From Octopus sinensis (lineage: Eukaryota), in assembly GCF_006345805.1 (NCBI RefSeq), contig NW_021832381.1, positions 1 through 64,000 of the forward strand: 64,000 nt of DNA. Direction: 5' to 3'. A model generated the notes under the pieces. The model did not search any database. It was not told where the DNA came from and saw nothing but the letters and a program-made list of their open reading frames with translations. Below are positions 61,200-64,000 of this stretch, in pieces. Position numbers and translations under genes: made by a program. Position 1 is the stretch's first letter. The number at the start of each line of letters is the position of its first letter.

Positions 61200-61549
61200 T
61201 CAAATGTCAACATGTGGAGATTTACCCCTTCATAAAAATATCCAATTTTGATTGGTGTGAATTCTTTCATGCTTTGGAAACACATATTTATCTGAAACAT
61301 CATTTTCAAGGATAAAAATGATAAAGTTTCAATACAGGACCTGTTTAACGAATGACTATCTTAAGGATTGCATGAGAATAGCAATAAGCTCATACAAGCC
61401 AGACCTCTAAACAAGAGAATTACAATGCCAAAAATCCCATTAACTTTTAATTATAAAATGAAAATTTTGTTATTAAAATATATAATTCGATCGCCAAAAA
61501 ATCGCAATATGAAAACTAGCTCACCAGTGAAAAAAGTTGGTCACCCCTG
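61200..61549 (+). mobile_element. hAT 3' remnant
   Basis: FGNTYLSETSFSRIKMIK...LTNDYLK; right TIR AAAGTTGGTCACCCCTG. Confidence 0.7.
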
Positions 61550-61554
61550 TAGTA

Positions 61555-62850
61555 TGTGAACAGCTTTGTGGAATTTTTGCGTCATGGCATATATTTATGT
61601 CATGTCCATGCGAAGTCTGCAGTGGACCTTTTTTCTGAATACAAATTCGTTTACTTCATGGGTTTCTGTATTGGTAGAGGACCTTTGGCATTCTTGCCTT
61701 TTCAGTCCCGCATACACGCTCACCTCTCAGCCGCAAACGAAGACTTACCGGCTTACCTGCCACCCAGACATTATCTTCTCTAGGACCTCAGGGAGGCCTT
61801 TGAAAGACAATTCCTGGGTGTCCGAGAGCTCCTCTCGCCATCCTAAGCCATGGGCTAGCCGGATGACTCGTCTTGTGACTTTCTCGAGCGTGTCAACGTA
61901 CCTCTCCCTGTCCTTGCAAAGTGCCAGGCATGTACGCCATAGGTCAACACGGGTAACACCATGGCGTTAAACACGCTTATCCAGGCACCTCTCCGCAGGG
62001 GGAAAACACGCAACGCGCCTAGTCGCTGCATTGCACACATTTTTGTACGTACAATGTGATCGGCAAACTCACCGGAAGGCTTGAAGAGAACCCCCAAATA
62101 AGTCATCCGATTGCTGACCCGTTCAGCAATAACCTAGGGACGTAATTAGTATAACCCCTCGTCCTTTTACAGACTTTGAAAACTTCGCACTTGTCCGAAC
62201 GCATCTTTAGATCCCTACTCCCACACTAGTTTACAAGTCTATCCACAGCAACCTGTAGCCTACGACACGCACACTCAGGTTTCATCGAGTGATCCCAGAG
62301 GATGATGTCGTCTGCATAGATCACCATTTCAGTACGAGCGTTGACTGGCATGGGCGCAGAAGCCATAAAAATATTAAAAAGCGTGGGACTCAGCACAGAA
62401 TCCTGAGGGACCCCGCGAAGGACTGTTGTGACTTTAGAAAAGACCCCCTGATGTCGCATAACCTGTCCGCGAGATTCAAGGAACCCCGACAGCCAGCGAC
62501 CAAGCTCTATGTGTTTGGCTATGTGCTTGGCATTCAGGTTCCAAATAATTATCGCCTTCGGATGCTTTCCAAAGAACTCCCGTACGTGCCAGGAACACGC
62601 CGTAAAGTTCTTCGAATACATCGCCCCTAGGTAAAATGTAAAGTTACCTTTGCGAATCCTCACTTGAAGGAATTCGCGGCGTAGCGGATTTTGTCGGCGA
62701 AGGTGGTACCGACCCGCTCGCAATGTGGCTTGCAGGCTTCACAGGCCTCGGCATCCAAGCGGACTTGGGAGGTTTGGACTGCTTTGCCCGCTTGCCAGGT
62801 TGTGACGCAGGGGCTGCGACTTCTCTTTTTTCTACAGAAAGCTTTGTATT
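61555..62850 (-). mobile_element. Internally deleted APE-type LINE
   Basis: FYLGAMYSK, WNLNAKH, RGVPQDSVLSPTLFN, IYADDII and TYLGVLF...VLPVLTYG. Confidence 0.8.
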
Positions 62851-62899
62851 AAAAAAAGTAGAAACTAAATATGGAATTCTTTCTAACCAAAGATTGTTT

Positions 62900-63240
62900 C
62901 TCAAATTTGTGTAAATTGGAAAATTTTAATTCTCGAAAAAGACAAGCTCGCTGCTTAATTCGAACAAGCGTTACAATACCCTTTCACGTGAAAAACATCT
63001 TCACCATATAAAGTAATGATGTATGATTGCATCCCCTTTCATCGCACAATATTTTAAATAGACAAGATCGAAGAGGTCTTTTTTACATAATTAATAATTT
63101 TGACAGCATCTTCCAAAACTTGACGCAAAGAAAATGAAATATTCTCCGATGTCAGAGCATTGCCGTGAAGACTGCAATGACTACAAGTACAATTTAGAAC
63201 CATTTTCTTTATCCTTGGTACAACTCCAAAAAATTTGTAA
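62900..63240 (-). mobile_element. hAT (Buster/ZBED5-like) transposase fragment
   Basis: GVVPRIKKMVLNCTCSHCSLHGNAL...QVLEDAVKIINYVK..L...LFKILCDE. Confidence 0.65.
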
Positions 63241-64000
63241 TAAATTTCGCAGAATCCAGGTTGTTACTATCTAGACAGCATAGAAAATCGCAATCTCAAG
63301 AAGAGCTTGGAGGTGTCTAACAGACAAAATTTTCCAGAGTGTGGCACGAGCGACGAGAGAATTATGAATCTTTTATTTGGTGGATGTGCTAATAATAAGA
63401 GCTATTAGCGACAAATCGATTTAATCACAAATTAAAAATGGCAAACTAAATATCTTTTATAAAATACATGGATTTCCATGTAGAACTAGTAAACTGCATT
63501 GCACCATTTCTAAATGGATAGTTAAATTCTTTAACTCAATTATCCACGACACCCTATCTGGATAGTTTTAACAAGAAATGAGTTTAAAGGTGCAAAAAGT
63601 CTAAGATTGTGTTATGTCTTTAACAGATTTGTGAAAGTAAACGTAGTAATTATCTATTGAGAGTGGCCTCGGTCGGACTGATTGAACAATAGAGTTTATT
63701 GAAATATTCTGGTTGAAAGGAAGTAGTACTTTTTTAATCAAAGTTACGGATGCTTTTCGTTGTACTAGTATCTGAATTTTCGTGCAAAATTTATTTTAAA
63801 TTTCAACCCGCTGTGACTTAAAAATTGATCATTACGAGATGCAAAGTGCGTACCGACTGCTTGTAAATTTTTATCGAAGCCCTTTTCGATTTTTAAAAGA
63901 AAAGTCTGAAATAACTATTTTGGTAGTCCCAAAATACTAGCCACTTTTTCAGCTTAGCTGATAATAAGAAAAAGACACGGAAACAGTGTTAGTAAGAAAG

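Noticed and set aside
63250-64000. Possible spliced gene at the window end
   Set aside because: No consistent exon model or recognisable motif.

Overview
AT-rich genomic DNA from a compact animal genome. Most spliceosomal introns resolved by hand are about 23-31 nt, GT-AG, so the ORF track shows only fragments of real genes. An innexin, a double-bromodomain TAF1 and the tiny introns point to a reduced parasitic metazoan such as a dicyemid or myxozoan; this is inference only. Host genes reconstructed: innexin (partial), a C2 + IPT/TIG + FIP-RBD Rab11-FIP-like protein, TMEM19, HisRS, TAF1, BRCA2, a Trp-repeat/Ran-binding-domain nucleoporin-like protein, WDR44, DDX52, NDUFA7 (absent from the ORF track), PFDN6, POLR2C and two tRNA-Arg genes. 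Roughly half of the window is a heavily nested mobile-element landscape. It includes one intact full-length APE-type LINE with a 15-bp TSD and several decayed relatives, CRE-type and R4/NeSL-like RLE retrotransposon remnants, RTE remnants, hAT (SPIN/Buster-like) elements and MITEs with exact 8-bp TSDs, Tigger/pogo and Tc1 elements, and a Ginger-like integrase transposon. The most unusual observations are host-sized mini-introns inside DNA transposase genes, the C2-IPT-FIP domain fusion, an FWG-repeat nucleoporin candidate, RLE retrotransposons resembling microsporidian ones, and a GTG/TGA ORF1-ORF2 junction in the intact LINE. All family assignments come from recalled motifs; no database search was run. 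Ends of decayed remnants are approximate.
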